A DNA stretch of 64,000 nucleotides from Lentisphaeria bacterium (GTDB taxonomy: Bacteria; Verrucomicrobiota; Lentisphaeria; JABSQK01; JAWLHB01). Shown here piece by piece: positions 38,025 to 49,335 of this stretch (positions are counted from its first letter, which is position 1; each line of letters starts with the position of its first letter). The DNA lies in the NCBI GenBank assembly GCA_041690595.1, contig JAWLHB010000001.1, positions 248,001-312,000 on the forward strand, given 5' to 3'. Under the pieces are notes generated by a model. The model saw only the letters and a list, made by a program, of their open reading frames with translations. It had not been told where the DNA came from and made no database searches. Made by a program: the position numbers and the translations under genes.

Positions 38025-39524
38025 ATGCGCACGTACCGCTCCCACTTCTACCCACACCTGCTTTTTCTCGCCCTGCTGGTGATTCTCGCCATTGGCGGCG
38101 TCCTGCGCGTGTACCATCACGTGGAAGAACTCGCCAGATCACGCCAGGCGTTGGCCCATGCAACCCGCGATGCGATTCATCTGGATGAGGTACACCGCGA
38201 GCTGGTCGAGGCGCAACGCCAGTGGCTGGAAGGAGGGAGCGAACCCTGGAAGGAGCCTCCCTTTCGCCGGGCGCTTGCCGCCTTGCGATTCAGTGTCCGG
38301 GTGCCGCTTGCCGGCGAGTCAACGCTTACCGACAGCGTCTCGTATCATCGCCTGCAGCTGATGGTGGAGGCCGTTTACCAGGAGTTGCTGGCCGCACCGG
38401 ATGCGCTGACGCGCGCCGAGACTGCCATGCCGCGTTTCAGTCACATGCTGGTCACCTGGAGCGCCATTCAGCGCTCGGTGGTGCGCGAACTGCAGCGTCA
38501 GGCAGTCGATCTTCTCGATCGCCGGCGCTCGATCATCCATGAGGCGAGCATTGCTTTTGTCCTCATCGTGATGGTGGCCGTGCTCTACCTGCACGCGGTC
38601 AATCGCTATCTGGCGAGGCCGGTCGAGGATCTTGCGGATGTAGCCCGCGGCGTGACGCGCGGCGATCTCACGGCCCGGGCACTGCCCGCCGGCGGCGGAC
38701 CCGTGGCTTCTCTGGCCGTCGACTTCAACCGCATGGTCGATATTCTCGTGGACAGTTTGGCCGAGGAGGAGCGGGTAGTCACGGAGTTGCAGCGAAAGAC
38801 CCATGAGCTGGAGGCCGCCAATCTTCACAAATCGCGCTTCCTGGCCAACATCAGCCATGAGTTGAAGACGCCGCTGAGCGCGATCATCGGCTTTACCGAC
38901 ATTCTCGACTCCGGCCTGCATGGTGACCTGGCGGAGCGCCAGCGCGAGTATCTGCGTCGCATCGGTTCGGCGTCGCAGCATCTGCTCCTCATGATTTCCG
39001 ACCTCATCGACATTGCCAAGATCGATGTCGGGGCCCTCTCCCTGACGATAACCAGCGTAGAAATCGGGGAGGTGGCGCGTGACGTTGCCGATCTGGTGCT
39101 GCCCCAGTGCAGCCGCAAGCAGCATCGTCTTCATCTCGATCTGCCAGCGGGGCTGCCGGCGGTGGAAGCGGACCGTGAGCGCGTCCGGCAGATCCTCATC
39201 AACCTGGTGGCCAACGCCATCAAGTTCACCCCGGAAGGAGGCGAGATCAAGCTCAGTGCCGCCGTGGAAGGCGACCTTCTGAGGATCGATGTCAACGATA
39301 CGGGAATCGGCATAGCGCCGGAGCATCAGGAGACCATCTTCGAGGATTTCGTGCAGTTGGATTCGCGCCTGCATCGGCAGCACGAAGGGACCGGCATCGG
39401 CCTCGCCATCTCGCGGCGTCTTGCCGACATGATGCGGGCGACCCTCACTGTCGTGAGCACTCCAGCGCAGGGCAGTACCTTCAGCCTGCGTCTGCCCCTT
39501 TACTCTCGACCCACGCAGAACTAA
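38025..39524 (+). CDS. Membrane sensor histidine kinase (2 TM, HAMP, HisKA, HATPase)
   Basis: FLANISHELKTPL, QILINLVANAIKFT, DTGIGI, GTGIGLAIS, GSTF. Confidence 0.95.
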   Translation: MRTYRSHFYPHLLFLALLVILAIGGVLRVYHHVEELARSRQALAHATRDAIHLDEVHRELVEAQRQWLEGGSEPWKEPPFRRALAALRFSVRVPLAGESTLTDSVSYHRLQLMVEAVYQELLAAPDALTRAETAMPRFSHMLVTWSAIQRSVVRELQRQAVDLLDRRRSIIHEASIAFVLIVMVAVLYLHAVNRYLARPVEDLADVARGVTRGDLTARALPAGGGPVASLAVDFNRMVDILVDSLAEEERVVTELQRKTHELEAANLHKSRFLANISHELKTPLSAIIGFTDILDSGLHGDLAERQREYLRRIGSASQHLLLMISDLIDIAKIDVGALSLTITSVEIGEVARDVADLVLPQCSRKQHRLHLDLPAGLPAVEADRERVRQILINLVANAIKFTPEGGEIKLSAAVEGDLLRIDVNDTGIGIAPEHQETIFEDFVQLDSRLHRQHEGTGIGLAISRRLADMMRATLTVVSTPAQGSTFSLRLPLYSRPTQN

Positions 39525-39636
39525 CGAAAATGCTGTTCTCCTTTTGTGACCAACGCGCTATAGTAGGCGCATTGTCGCTTCATCTCATGCCGCACACTCC
39601 GTTTCGGCAAGCGCGACTCAAAGAAGGATAGATCCC

Positions 39637-40797
39637 ATGTCAGCTGATGCTCTGAAGAAGGTAGATGGCCAGAAATCCTGGATGCTCAAGTCGGATCAGG
39701 TGAAGGCATGTATCACGCGTCGCGGCGGCCATATCGGTCCCGTCACCTTCGACCGCAAGAACCGGGCGATCGAGCCCTATTCCGTAGCGCCTTGGGCGAA
39801 GGAGAAGGTCGACAACGAGATGCCGGATATCCTCAAGGTGCTGCGTGGCGACTTCTTCTGCATGCCCTTCGGCGGCAATGATTCGCCTTACAAGGATGAG
39901 CAGCACCCCCTGCATGGCGAGACCGCCAACAGCAAGTGGGAGTGGGGCGGTATTACGAAGGAGGACGGCGCCCAGACCATGCACCTGGCGATGGATACGA
40001 CCGTGCGCGAAGGCCATGTAGACAAGTTTGTCCGCCTGGTGGATGGTCAGAACGCCGTCTACAGTCAGCACGTCATCAGCGGGATGAAAGGGCCGATGAC
40101 GCTGGGGCATCACGCTATGCTGCGCTTCCCGGAGCGTGAAGGCAGCGGCCTCATCTCGACGAGCCCCTTTGTGCACGGGCAGGTCTTCGTCGAGCCGACG
40201 GAAGATCCCGCGAAAGGCGGGTACTCGATTCTGAAGCCGGGTGCCGAATTCAGCGACCTCGCGAAGGTGCCGATGATCGATCGCCGCCACACGGATGTGA
40301 GCCTGTATCCGGCTCGCAAGGGTTTTGAAGACATCGTCATATTGGTGAGCGATCCCAAGGCAGCGATGGCATGGACGGCAGTGAGCTTTCCGGAGGAAGG
40401 TTATGTCTGGTTTGCGCTGAAGGATCCAAAGGTGCTGGCGAGCACGCTGCTGTGGCTCTCGAACGGCGGCCGTTATTATCAGCCGTGGTCGGGACGGCAT
40501 GCGAGCGTGCTAGGACTGGAGGAGATCACCGGCTTCTTCCACTATGGGCTGGCCGAATCAGCCAGGAAGAATGTGCTGTCGGAGAAAGGCTTCAAAACCA
40601 GCGTCAATCTTCGGGCCGATCGTGATCTGGTCGTCAACTACGTGATGGCGGTGGCACCGACGCCCGAAGGTTTCGGGAAAGTGGCATCGATTGGTCGTGG
40701 CGAGGAGCAGCAGGTCGTGATTACGGACGTAAACGGCAAGGTTGTCACGGCGGCCGTGGATGCCGAGTTTGTGACCCAGGGATCGCTTCGTCAATGA
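39637..40797 (+). CDS. Conserved hypothetical protein, galactose-mutarotase/aldose-epimerase-like fold suspected
   Basis: LRGDFFCMPFGGN, HPLHGETAN..W, GHHAML, VLGLEE; beta-rich; GAAGGA upstream. Confidence 0.6.
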   Translation: MSADALKKVDGQKSWMLKSDQVKACITRRGGHIGPVTFDRKNRAIEPYSVAPWAKEKVDNEMPDILKVLRGDFFCMPFGGNDSPYKDEQHPLHGETANSKWEWGGITKEDGAQTMHLAMDTTVREGHVDKFVRLVDGQNAVYSQHVISGMKGPMTLGHHAMLRFPEREGSGLISTSPFVHGQVFVEPTEDPAKGGYSILKPGAEFSDLAKVPMIDRRHTDVSLYPARKGFEDIVILVSDPKAAMAWTAVSFPEEGYVWFALKDPKVLASTLLWLSNGGRYYQPWSGRHASVLGLEEITGFFHYGLAESARKNVLSEKGFKTSVNLRADRDLVVNYVMAVAPTPEGFGKVASIGRGEEQQVVITDVNGKVVTAAVDAEFVTQGSLRQ

Positions 40798-41399
40798 GGG
40801 ATGGGGCGGTGCGACGGGTGGTGAAGCGGCTGGCGCGGTGGCGTTACGGCTGCGATCTGGCTATCACCCGCTGGATCCGGCGTCTGCGCAAGGAGGCGCC
40901 GGAGTTGGAACTGGCCGGCCACTGCAATGGATGCGGCGCCTGCTGTGAGACGCCGATGATCTACCTGAACCGGTGGCTCTTCTACGCGCGGAGCGTGCGC
41001 TGGGCGGTCCTGGGGTGGCATCGGTGGATCAATGGCTTCGAGTATCTGGGGGAAGATCGCAGCCAGCATGCCTTCATCTTCCGCTGCACCCATTACGACA
41101 CGCTTACCGGTCAATGCGACTCGTACGAGAGCCGTCCAGGCATGTGCCGCGATTATCCCCGCAACCTTCTGGACTCGCCTGCTCCCGAGTTCCTGACGCC
41201 GTGCAGCTTCTATCCGCGGGCACGCAATGCCGATGAGATCGTTGCCTCGCTACGCGACCTCAACCTGCCCCCCGAAAGGCTGGCTGAACTCGAGATCAAG
41301 TTCTATGTCGCCCCGCCTCTCCATCTGGTGCCCGACAGGAATGGCGATGACGATGGGCCGACGCCGCCGACCAATCTCCGCCCGCCGACCGCGGCATGA
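40794..41399 (+). CDS. YkgJ family cysteine-cluster protein
   Basis: CNGCGACC...CTHYD...CDSYESRPGMCRDYP; ATGA overlap. Confidence 0.85.
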   Translation: MRDGAVRRVVKRLARWRYGCDLAITRWIRRLRKEAPELELAGHCNGCGACCETPMIYLNRWLFYARSVRWAVLGWHRWINGFEYLGEDRSQHAFIFRCTHYDTLTGQCDSYESRPGMCRDYPRNLLDSPAPEFLTPCSFYPRARNADEIVASLRDLNLPPERLAELEIKFYVAPPLHLVPDRNGDDDGPTPPTNLRPPTAA

Positions 41400-41409
41400 C
41401 GGACGAGCG

Positions 41410-42222
41410 TCATACCCGGCCGGGGCTGATGCCGGCAATGCGGGAGAAAAGGCGCGAGAAGTAGAAGGGATCCCGATAGCCGACGCGATCCGCGGCCTCC
41501 TTGACGGAAAGGCCTTCCTCCTGGATCATGCGATAGGCGATGAGGATGCGCTCGCGCTGCACCAGCTGGGTGGGAGAGATCCCCAGCTCCTGCTTGAAGA
41601 GATAGTTGACGTGCTCGGGGCTGAGGTGAAAGCGTGCAGCCAGCTCACGGCGACCAACGGTTTCGAAGAGATGGTCACGCAGATATTGCACCATGGCGGC
41701 CACCCGCTGAGAGAGCTGAACGTTGTCGGTGCGCGACCAGCATTCGGCGAGGCGCAGCCAGATCTCGCGGGCAATTGTCCGGCATATTTCCTGGCGCAGC
41801 ACACTGTGTCCTTCGAAGGCATCGCTGCAGCGGCGGAAGAGGTCGTGCATGAGGACGGGATCGAAATCGGAGGTCACGCGAGCAGGCGTCCGCGCCGGGA
41901 GATAATTACGAGCCAGGGCGGTGCCTTCAGGCAGCAGCTCGCCATGGATGCAGCTGAGGGTCGCGCCGTCGCTTTGGGAGGCTACCCGCAGGGAGTGCAA
42001 GAGGCCCGGAGCGATGGTCAGCACCTGGCCGTGCGCCACGTCCAGCTCTGCTCCCTCCGCATCGCTGTAGGTGAGCATGCCGCTGACGACAAAGATGAGT
42101 TCCCAGTCCGGGATGCGCCGTTCTCCCCAGGCGCCATGCGGTGGAGCATGAATATAGTTGGCGATGCGAACGGTCGGCTGATACTCCCGCGGGGTCAGCA
42201 TCATGATCTTATGATTGTCCAT
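41410..42222 (-). CDS. AraC family transcriptional regulator
   Basis: Cupin N-domain; ELAARFHLSPEHVNYLFKQELGISP; SVKEAADRVGYRDPFYFSRLF. Confidence 0.93.
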   Translation of the reverse strand: MDNHKIMMLTPREYQPTVRIANYIHAPPHGAWGERRIPDWELIFVVSGMLTYSDAEGAELDVAHGQVLTIAPGLLHSLRVASQSDGATLSCIHGELLPEGTALARNYLPARTPARVTSDFDPVLMHDLFRRCSDAFEGHSVLRQEICRTIAREIWLRLAECWSRTDNVQLSQRVAAMVQYLRDHLFETVGRRELAARFHLSPEHVNYLFKQELGISPTQLVQRERILIAYRMIQEEGLSVKEAADRVGYRDPFYFSRLFSRIAGISPGRV

Positions 42223-42323
42223 GCCTTTGTGATTCTTCTCTATTGTCGGTGACGATGAATCATCTTACTATAAACAATACGTTGGTTAACTCTTTTGACA
42301 ACCCCCAGGTGCGAGGACCCATC

Positions 42324-43124
42324 ATGTTGAGTGAAACTCAGGTTGAACGCTTTCATCGCGACGGATTCATCAATGCCGGACAGGCGCTATCCGCGGAAGA
42401 GGTTGACCGCCTTCGCGATGAGCTGACGCGGGTGATCGACCAGAAGGACAGGGCGGACGTACCGCAACCGGTTCTGCTCCGCAACCTCAACAGCAACCCC
42501 GCGACGCAGGTCTGGCAGGTGGTCAATATCTGGCAGGCGAGCGATCCCTTTCGGCAGGTGATGAAGACGCCGAAGATCGTCGAGGAGATCGGGCAACTGA
42601 CAGGGGCGCGGGCACTGCGGATCTGGCATGATCAGATCCAGTACAAGCCGGCAACGCAGGGCGGCGTCAATTTCTGGCATCAGGATTCGCCGCTGTGGCC
42701 GATTATCCGGCCCAACACGCAGGTCTCCGCCTGGATTGCGCTCGATGACGTCGACGAAGGCAATGGCTGCATGAGCATGGTGCCGGGCTCTCACAAGTGG
42801 GGCGTAGCCTTGGAGTGGTTTCAGGGCATTGCCGAGTTCGACCAGTTGCCGGGCGAGTACAAAGGCAACAAGGTGGAGGTTCGGCTCTGTCCGGTCAGGA
42901 AGGGGCACGTGCACTACCATCACGGCCTGACTTGGCATGGCTCTCATGCGAACACCAGCAATCGTCCACGCCGCGCCATTGCCTACCACTATATGACCGA
43001 CGAAACCTACTATGACGCCACCGGCAACCATCCCATGAAGCCGTTCGTGACCGTCAAGGACGGCGCGAAGATGGCGGACGATGCCTTTCCCATAGTCTGG
43101 CAGCGCGCTTCGGTCACAGCCTGA
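42324..43124 (+). CDS. Phytanoyl-CoA dioxygenase (PhyH) family Fe(II)/2-oxoglutarate enzyme
   Basis: MLSETQVERFHRDGF, WHQDS, AWIALDDV...NGCM..VPGSH, TWHGS.AN.S.RPRRA; GAGGA upstream. Confidence 0.92.
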   Translation: MLSETQVERFHRDGFINAGQALSAEEVDRLRDELTRVIDQKDRADVPQPVLLRNLNSNPATQVWQVVNIWQASDPFRQVMKTPKIVEEIGQLTGARALRIWHDQIQYKPATQGGVNFWHQDSPLWPIIRPNTQVSAWIALDDVDEGNGCMSMVPGSHKWGVALEWFQGIAEFDQLPGEYKGNKVEVRLCPVRKGHVHYHHGLTWHGSHANTSNRPRRAIAYHYMTDETYYDATGNHPMKPFVTVKDGAKMADDAFPIVWQRASVTA

Positions 43125-43157
43125 ACGAACCGCGAACGACGGGCGTCTGCTGACTGG

Positions 43158-44957
43158 TCAGGGAGTCGGGACGGTTTCCTTTTCCTGCCGGGAGGGCAGC
43201 TTGAGGCGCAGGTAAAGCTCGCGCAGCTGGCGCTCGTCGACCTCGGAAGGCGCATTCATCATCAGATCCTGAGCCTGCTGGTTCATCGGGAAGGCGATGA
43301 CTTCGCGGATGTTGGGCGCGTTGGCGAGCAGCATGACGATGCGGTCGACGCCGGGGGCGATGCCACCGTGGGGCGGAGCGCCGAGCTTGAAGGCATTGAT
43401 CATGCCGCCGAAGCGCTTGTCCACTTCATCGTTATTGTAGCCACCGATCTCGAACGCCTTGTACATGATGTCCGGGCGATGATTCCGGATGGCACCGCTG
43501 GAAAGCTCGATGCCGTTGCAAACCAGGTCGTACTGGTAGGCGAGAATCGCCAATGGATCCTGGCCGGAAAGCGCTTCCATGCCACCCTGCGGCATCGAAA
43601 AGGGATTGTGCGAGAACTCAATGTGGCCGCTCTCTTCGTTGCGCTCGTACATCGGGTAGTCGACAATCCAGCAGAAGCGGAAGGCATCCTTCTCGATCAG
43701 GTCGAGGCGCTTGCCCAGTTCGGCGATGACTTCGGCGCCGATCTTGCAGACCTTCGCTTCCTTGTCGGCGATGAAGAAGATCACGTCGCCTTCTCCCGCG
43801 CCGCCCGCCTGCTGGAGCTGTACCAGGTGTTCGGGGGTCAGGAACTTGGCGATAGGGCTGCGCGGTTCGCCATTGACCCAGCCGATGTAGCCAAGCCCTT
43901 TGGAGCCGACCGATTGCGCGAACTCGATCATGTCGTCGAAGAATTTTCTGGGCTGCTGCGCAATACCCTTGACGGTGATGGCGCGGACAACACCGCCGCG
44001 CTGCACAACGCCCGCAAAGGCCTTGAAGTCGCTGGTGGCGAAAGCTTCCGAGGCGTCGAACATCTGAAGGGGGTTTCGCAGGTCAGGCTTATCGCAGCCA
44101 TACTTGTGCATCGATTCGGCGTAGGGGATGCGCACAAAGGGCGGCTGATCGACGGTTCCCTTGGAGAAGCTGCCGAAGACACCATTCATGACGTGCTCGA
44201 CGGCGGCAAAGACATCCTCCTGCGTGGCGAATGACATCTCCATGTCGAGCTGGTAGAACTCGCCGGGCGAGCGATCGGCGCGCGAATCTTCGTCGCGAAA
44301 GCAGGGGGCGATCTGGAAATAACGATCGAATCCGGCGACCATGAGAAGCTGCTTGAACTGCTGCGGTGCCTGGGGCAAGGCGTAGAACTTGCCGGGATGC
44401 AGACGGCTGGGGACGAGGAAGTCGCGAGCGCCTTCCGGGGAACTGCAGGTCAGGATCGGGGTCTGGAATTCGGTAAAGCCCAGTTCGGCCATGAGTTGCC
44501 GCATTCTGGCGATAACCTTGGAGCGCAGGAGGATGCTCTCATGAAGCGACTGGCGGCGAAGCTCCAGGAAGCGATAGCGCAGGCGCAGCGATTCCGGGCA
44601 GACCGTCTCGTCAGCTACGGGAAAGGGCAGCGGTTGCGCCTCGCCCAGCACCTGCATCGCGGCGGCGGTCAACTCTACCTTACCGGTCGGCAGGCGATCG
44701 TTGACGGTCTCCGCGTCGCGCATGACGACTTCGCCGGTGAAGGAGACGACGGTCTCGGAGCGCATGTGCTGGCAGCTGTGGTAGAAGTCGGCATGCGAAT
44801 CGATGACGATCTGGGTGATGCCGTAATGGTCGCGCAGGTCGATGAAGACAATGCCGCCGTGATCGCGAACACTGTGAACCCAGCCGGACAGCCGCACGGT
44901 CTCGCCGACATGGGATTCGCGCAGATCGCCACAGGTATGGGTACGGTAAGGATGCAT
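43158..44957 (-). CDS. aspS: Aspartate--tRNA ligase, probably non-discriminating (Asp/Asn)
   Basis: [62 protein letters not shown]. Confidence 0.97.
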   Translation of the reverse strand: MHPYRTHTCGDLRESHVGETVRLSGWVHSVRDHGGIVFIDLRDHYGITQIVIDSHADFYHSCQHMRSETVVSFTGEVVMRDAETVNDRLPTGKVELTAAAMQVLGEAQPLPFPVADETVCPESLRLRYRFLELRRQSLHESILLRSKVIARMRQLMAELGFTEFQTPILTCSSPEGARDFLVPSRLHPGKFYALPQAPQQFKQLLMVAGFDRYFQIAPCFRDEDSRADRSPGEFYQLDMEMSFATQEDVFAAVEHVMNGVFGSFSKGTVDQPPFVRIPYAESMHKYGCDKPDLRNPLQMFDASEAFATSDFKAFAGVVQRGGVVRAITVKGIAQQPRKFFDDMIEFAQSVGSKGLGYIGWVNGEPRSPIAKFLTPEHLVQLQQAGGAGEGDVIFFIADKEAKVCKIGAEVIAELGKRLDLIEKDAFRFCWIVDYPMYERNEESGHIEFSHNPFSMPQGGMEALSGQDPLAILAYQYDLVCNGIELSSGAIRNHRPDIMYKAFEIGGYNNDEVDKRFGGMINAFKLGAPPHGGIAPGVDRIVMLLANAPNIREVIAFPMNQQAQDLMMNAPSEVDERQLRELYLRLKLPSRQEKETVPTP

Positions 44958-45116
44958 GCAGTCGCTCCGTGAGCTCAAAGTATCTTGATTTCTCTCCTGG
45001 CAATACCGGATGCCGAGGCAAAAGCCCTTACCATAACATCTTCCCGCCGAAAAGCGATGTCTCGCCGAAGGTTTTGTGGCGAGCGTTCTGGACGCCTCAG
45101 CAGACAGGCGCGGCGT

Positions 45117-46178
<1,062 letters not shown>

Positions 46179-46203
46179 TTATGTGGTCTCCGTAAGGGGG
46201 GGA

Positions 46204-49059
46204 TTACTGACAGGCTTCGCAATCGGGGTCGAGGATGCTGCACGCCTTGGGGGCGACAGGCATGGCGGGTTCGCGGTTCAGGACGATATCGCTGGAGGCG
46301 GAGCGGCTCTTCATCCAGCGTGGCTGGATGCCCCGGCGATTGACATCGATCGTCGATTTCTCGATATGAGTGGCGGCGAGGGAACGCAGATAGTAGGTGG
46401 TCTTGAGCCCCTTTCGCCAGGCGAGAATGTACATGTCGTGGAGCTTGCGGCCGCTGGGCTGGTGGATGTAGAGGTTGAGCGACTGGCCCATGTCGATCCA
46501 CTTCTGCCGGCGGCTGGCGCACTCGATAAGCCACTCCGACTCAAGTTCGAAGGCGGTCAGGTACTTCTCCTTGACATCGTCAGGGATGCGCTCGATCTCG
46601 TCGATGGAGCCATCGTAGTACTTGAGGTCGTCGATCATGTCGGCATCCCACAGGTCGCGTTCCTTCAGATCTTCGACGAGAAAGGGATTGACGACGGTGA
46701 ATTCTCCCGAGAGGTTCGACTTGGTGTAGAGGTGCTTGTAAGTGGGCTCGATGGACTGAGTGATGCCGGTGATGTTGGCGATGGTGGCGGTGGGGGCGAT
46801 GGCCATGGTGTTGGAGTTGCGCATGCCATGGGCGGCAATGCGTTCGCGAACCAACTCCCACTCCATGGTGACGCTGGAATCCATGTCAAGGAATTCCTCG
46901 CCGCGCTCACGGCGAAGGAGGTCGATGGTATCGATCGGCAGGAGGCCGCGCTCCCATTTGGAGCCTGCGTACGATGCATACGCGCCGCGCTCCTGGGCAA
47001 GCTCCGTGGAGGCGAGGATTGCGTAGTAGGAGATCATCTCCATGGAGCGGTCGGCAAAATCAATGGCCTGCTGACTGGTCCAGGTGTAATCGAGCTTGTA
47101 GAGGGCATCCTGGAAGCCCATGAGGCCGAGGCCGACCGGACGGTGGCGCAGGTTGGCGTTGCGGGCTTCGGGCGTTGGATAGTAGTTGATGTCGATGACA
47201 TTGTCGAGCATGCGCATGGCGGTGCGCACGGTGCGCGAGAGCATCTTTTCGTTGAGCTTGCCGTCGGTGATATGGGCGGCGAGATTGATGGAGCCCAGAT
47301 TGCAGACGGCAGTTTCTTCGTGGCAGGTGTTGAGGAGGATTTCGGTGCAGAGATTGCTGCTGTGAACCACCCCTGCGTGATCTTGTGGCGAACGGAGATT
47401 GGAAGGATCCTTGAAGGTCATCCAGGGATGGCCGGTTTCAAAGAGCATGGAGAGCATCTTGCGCCATAGCTTGAGGGCGTCGATCTTCTTGAAGTGCTTG
47501 AGGTCACCCCGTTCGGCCATGGCCGCGTACTCCTCGTAGCGCCGGACGAATGCGTCGCCATAGAGGTCGTGCAGATCGGGGACATCCGAGGGGCTGAAGA
47601 GAGTCCATTCGCCCGCTTCCACGACGCGTTTCATGAAGAGGTCGGGGATCCAGTTGGCGGTATTCATATCGTGCGTACGGCGGCGGTCATCGCCGGTGTT
47701 CTTGCGCAGCTCGAGGAAGTCCTCGATGTCGAGGTGCCATGTTTCCAGGTAGGCGCACATGGCCCCTTTGCGCTTCCCGCCCTGATTGACGGCGACAGCG
47801 GTGGCGTTGGCCACCTTGAGGAAGGGAATGACCCCCTGGCTGATACCGTTGGTCCCCTTGATGTGGGCACCGGTGGCCCGTACTGGGGTCCAGTCATTAC
47901 CCAGACCGCCGGCCCATTTCGAGAGCCGTGCATCGTCGGAGATCATCTTGAAGATGGATTCCAGGTCGTCCTGCACGGTCTGCAGATAGCACGAACTGAG
48001 CTGCGGATGCAGGGTCCCGGCATTGAAGAGGGTGGGGGTGGAGTTCATGAAGCGGAAGCTGGAGAGCAGGTTGTAGAACTCGATGGCGCGCTCGTTCTTG
48101 TCGTCTCCTTCGTTCGCGGCCAGCCCCATGGCAACCCGCATGAAGAAGTACTGGGGCGTCTCGATGCGCCGCCCGTCGATATGAATCAGGTAGCGGTCGT
48201 AGATGGTCTGGATGCCCATGTACGCGAACTTGCGGTCGCGATCGAGGTCGAGGGCGCCGGCGATCCGCTTGAGATCAAAGGCCATGAGCTGGGGGCTGAG
48301 GCGCTCGGCCTCGATGCCTTCTTCCAGGTAGCGGCGGAAATGGCGCCGGTGGGCCATCTCCAGTTCGTCGTGGGCATAGGTCTTGCCGAGCGCTTCACGA
48401 TAGAGGGTCTTGAGAACGATGCGAGCGGCAACATAGGTATAGGCAGGCTCCTGTTCCACCCGTGACTTGGCGACCAGAACCATCGCCTTGTTGATCTCTT
48501 CGGTGGTGACGCCATCGAAGAGCATGCGCAGCAGTTCATCGGCGAGCGCGTTGGGAGAGCAGCGATCCTCGAGACCGCGGCAGGCGACATTCAGCTCGCG
48601 CCGCAGCATCTCGGCATCGAGCTGGACGCGGTTGTCCCCATTGCGCAGCACATGAATGGTGGGTGCCGGCGGCTCGGTTGCCGATGGTTCGCCGCGCAAC
48701 TGACGGGCCTTCTTGCGTTCTTCGCGGTAGACGATGTACTTGCGCGCCACCTCGTAGTGGCCACTCTTCATCAGCTGCGTCTCCACCTCGTCCTGAATAC
48801 GCTCGACCTCCAGGCTGTCGCCGCCGATGGCCTTGGCAATGGTGACCTGGGTCACCTTGTCGGTCATGGTGCGGATGAGGCGTGCGTGATCCGCCGGAAG
48901 CGCCTCGCCGGAGGAGGTTGCCAGGAAGGCCTTCTCGATGGCGCGATAGATGCGGTCGCTCTCGAAGGCGACGGTGCGACCATCGCGCTTGAGTACCTGG
49001 ACATCCAGTTTTTGCGAGTCGAGGAGCTGGGGCTGGGCGTTGTGAGGGTGATTGGCCAT
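46204..49059 (-). CDS. nrdA: Ribonucleoside-diphosphate reductase alpha subunit with two ATP-cone domains
   Basis: VLKRDG..., second cone VLRNGD...; [57 protein letters not shown] upstream of ATG 49059. Confidence 0.97.
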   Translation of the reverse strand: MANHPHNAQPQLLDSQKLDVQVLKRDGRTVAFESDRIYRAIEKAFLATSSGEALPADHARLIRTMTDKVTQVTIAKAIGGDSLEVERIQDEVETQLMKSGHYEVARKYIVYREERKKARQLRGEPSATEPPAPTIHVLRNGDNRVQLDAEMLRRELNVACRGLEDRCSPNALADELLRMLFDGVTTEEINKAMVLVAKSRVEQEPAYTYVAARIVLKTLYREALGKTYAHDELEMAHRRHFRRYLEEGIEAERLSPQLMAFDLKRIAGALDLDRDRKFAYMGIQTIYDRYLIHIDGRRIETPQYFFMRVAMGLAANEGDDKNERAIEFYNLLSSFRFMNSTPTLFNAGTLHPQLSSCYLQTVQDDLESIFKMISDDARLSKWAGGLGNDWTPVRATGAHIKGTNGISQGVIPFLKVANATAVAVNQGGKRKGAMCAYLETWHLDIEDFLELRKNTGDDRRRTHDMNTANWIPDLFMKRVVEAGEWTLFSPSDVPDLHDLYGDAFVRRYEEYAAMAERGDLKHFKKIDALKLWRKMLSMLFETGHPWMTFKDPSNLRSPQDHAGVVHSSNLCTEILLNTCHEETAVCNLGSINLAAHITDGKLNEKMLSRTVRTAMRMLDNVIDINYYPTPEARNANLRHRPVGLGLMGFQDALYKLDYTWTSQQAIDFADRSMEMISYYAILASTELAQERGAYASYAGSKWERGLLPIDTIDLLRRERGEEFLDMDSSVTMEWELVRERIAAHGMRNSNTMAIAPTATIANITGITQSIEPTYKHLYTKSNLSGEFTVVNPFLVEDLKERDLWDADMIDDLKYYDGSIDEIERIPDDVKEKYLTAFELESEWLIECASRRQKWIDMGQSLNLYIHQPSGRKLHDMYILAWRKGLKTTYYLRSLAATHIEKSTIDVNRRGIQPRWMKSRSASSDIVLNREPAMPVAPKACSILDPDCEACQ

Positions 49060-49121
49060 TTGGATCTCTCCGGCTGCTGGGCGATGTGGAGGGGGCAGTT
49101 CTGCTTGCTGAAGGAGTCGTG

Positions 49122-49169
49122 CCACAATATGTAGTGGTAATTGGCAACACTTAACCATACATATAGGGG
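49122..49169 (-). promoter_or_regulatory. Tandem NrdR boxes upstream of nrdA
   Basis: CCACAATATGTAGTGG (49122-49137) and ACCATACATATAGGGG (49154-49169), starts 32 bp apart, matching acaCwAtATaTwGtg; the distal box overlaps a minus-strand TTGCAC-18-TATGGT promoter. Confidence 0.8.
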
Positions 49170-49335
49170 TGGGGGGCGTGCAACCCCAATTTAGAAGAAT
49201 TCTAAAGTTTTATTAATTATTGACCGTGCGAACAAAAGGAGCAGGGGCTGGAACCGGTCGATGCGGGTCGCATCTAAAGGTAGACGTGGAAGGGGGCGGA
49301 TGGCGGCGACATGATGGAACCCAGCGGAGAGCGCA

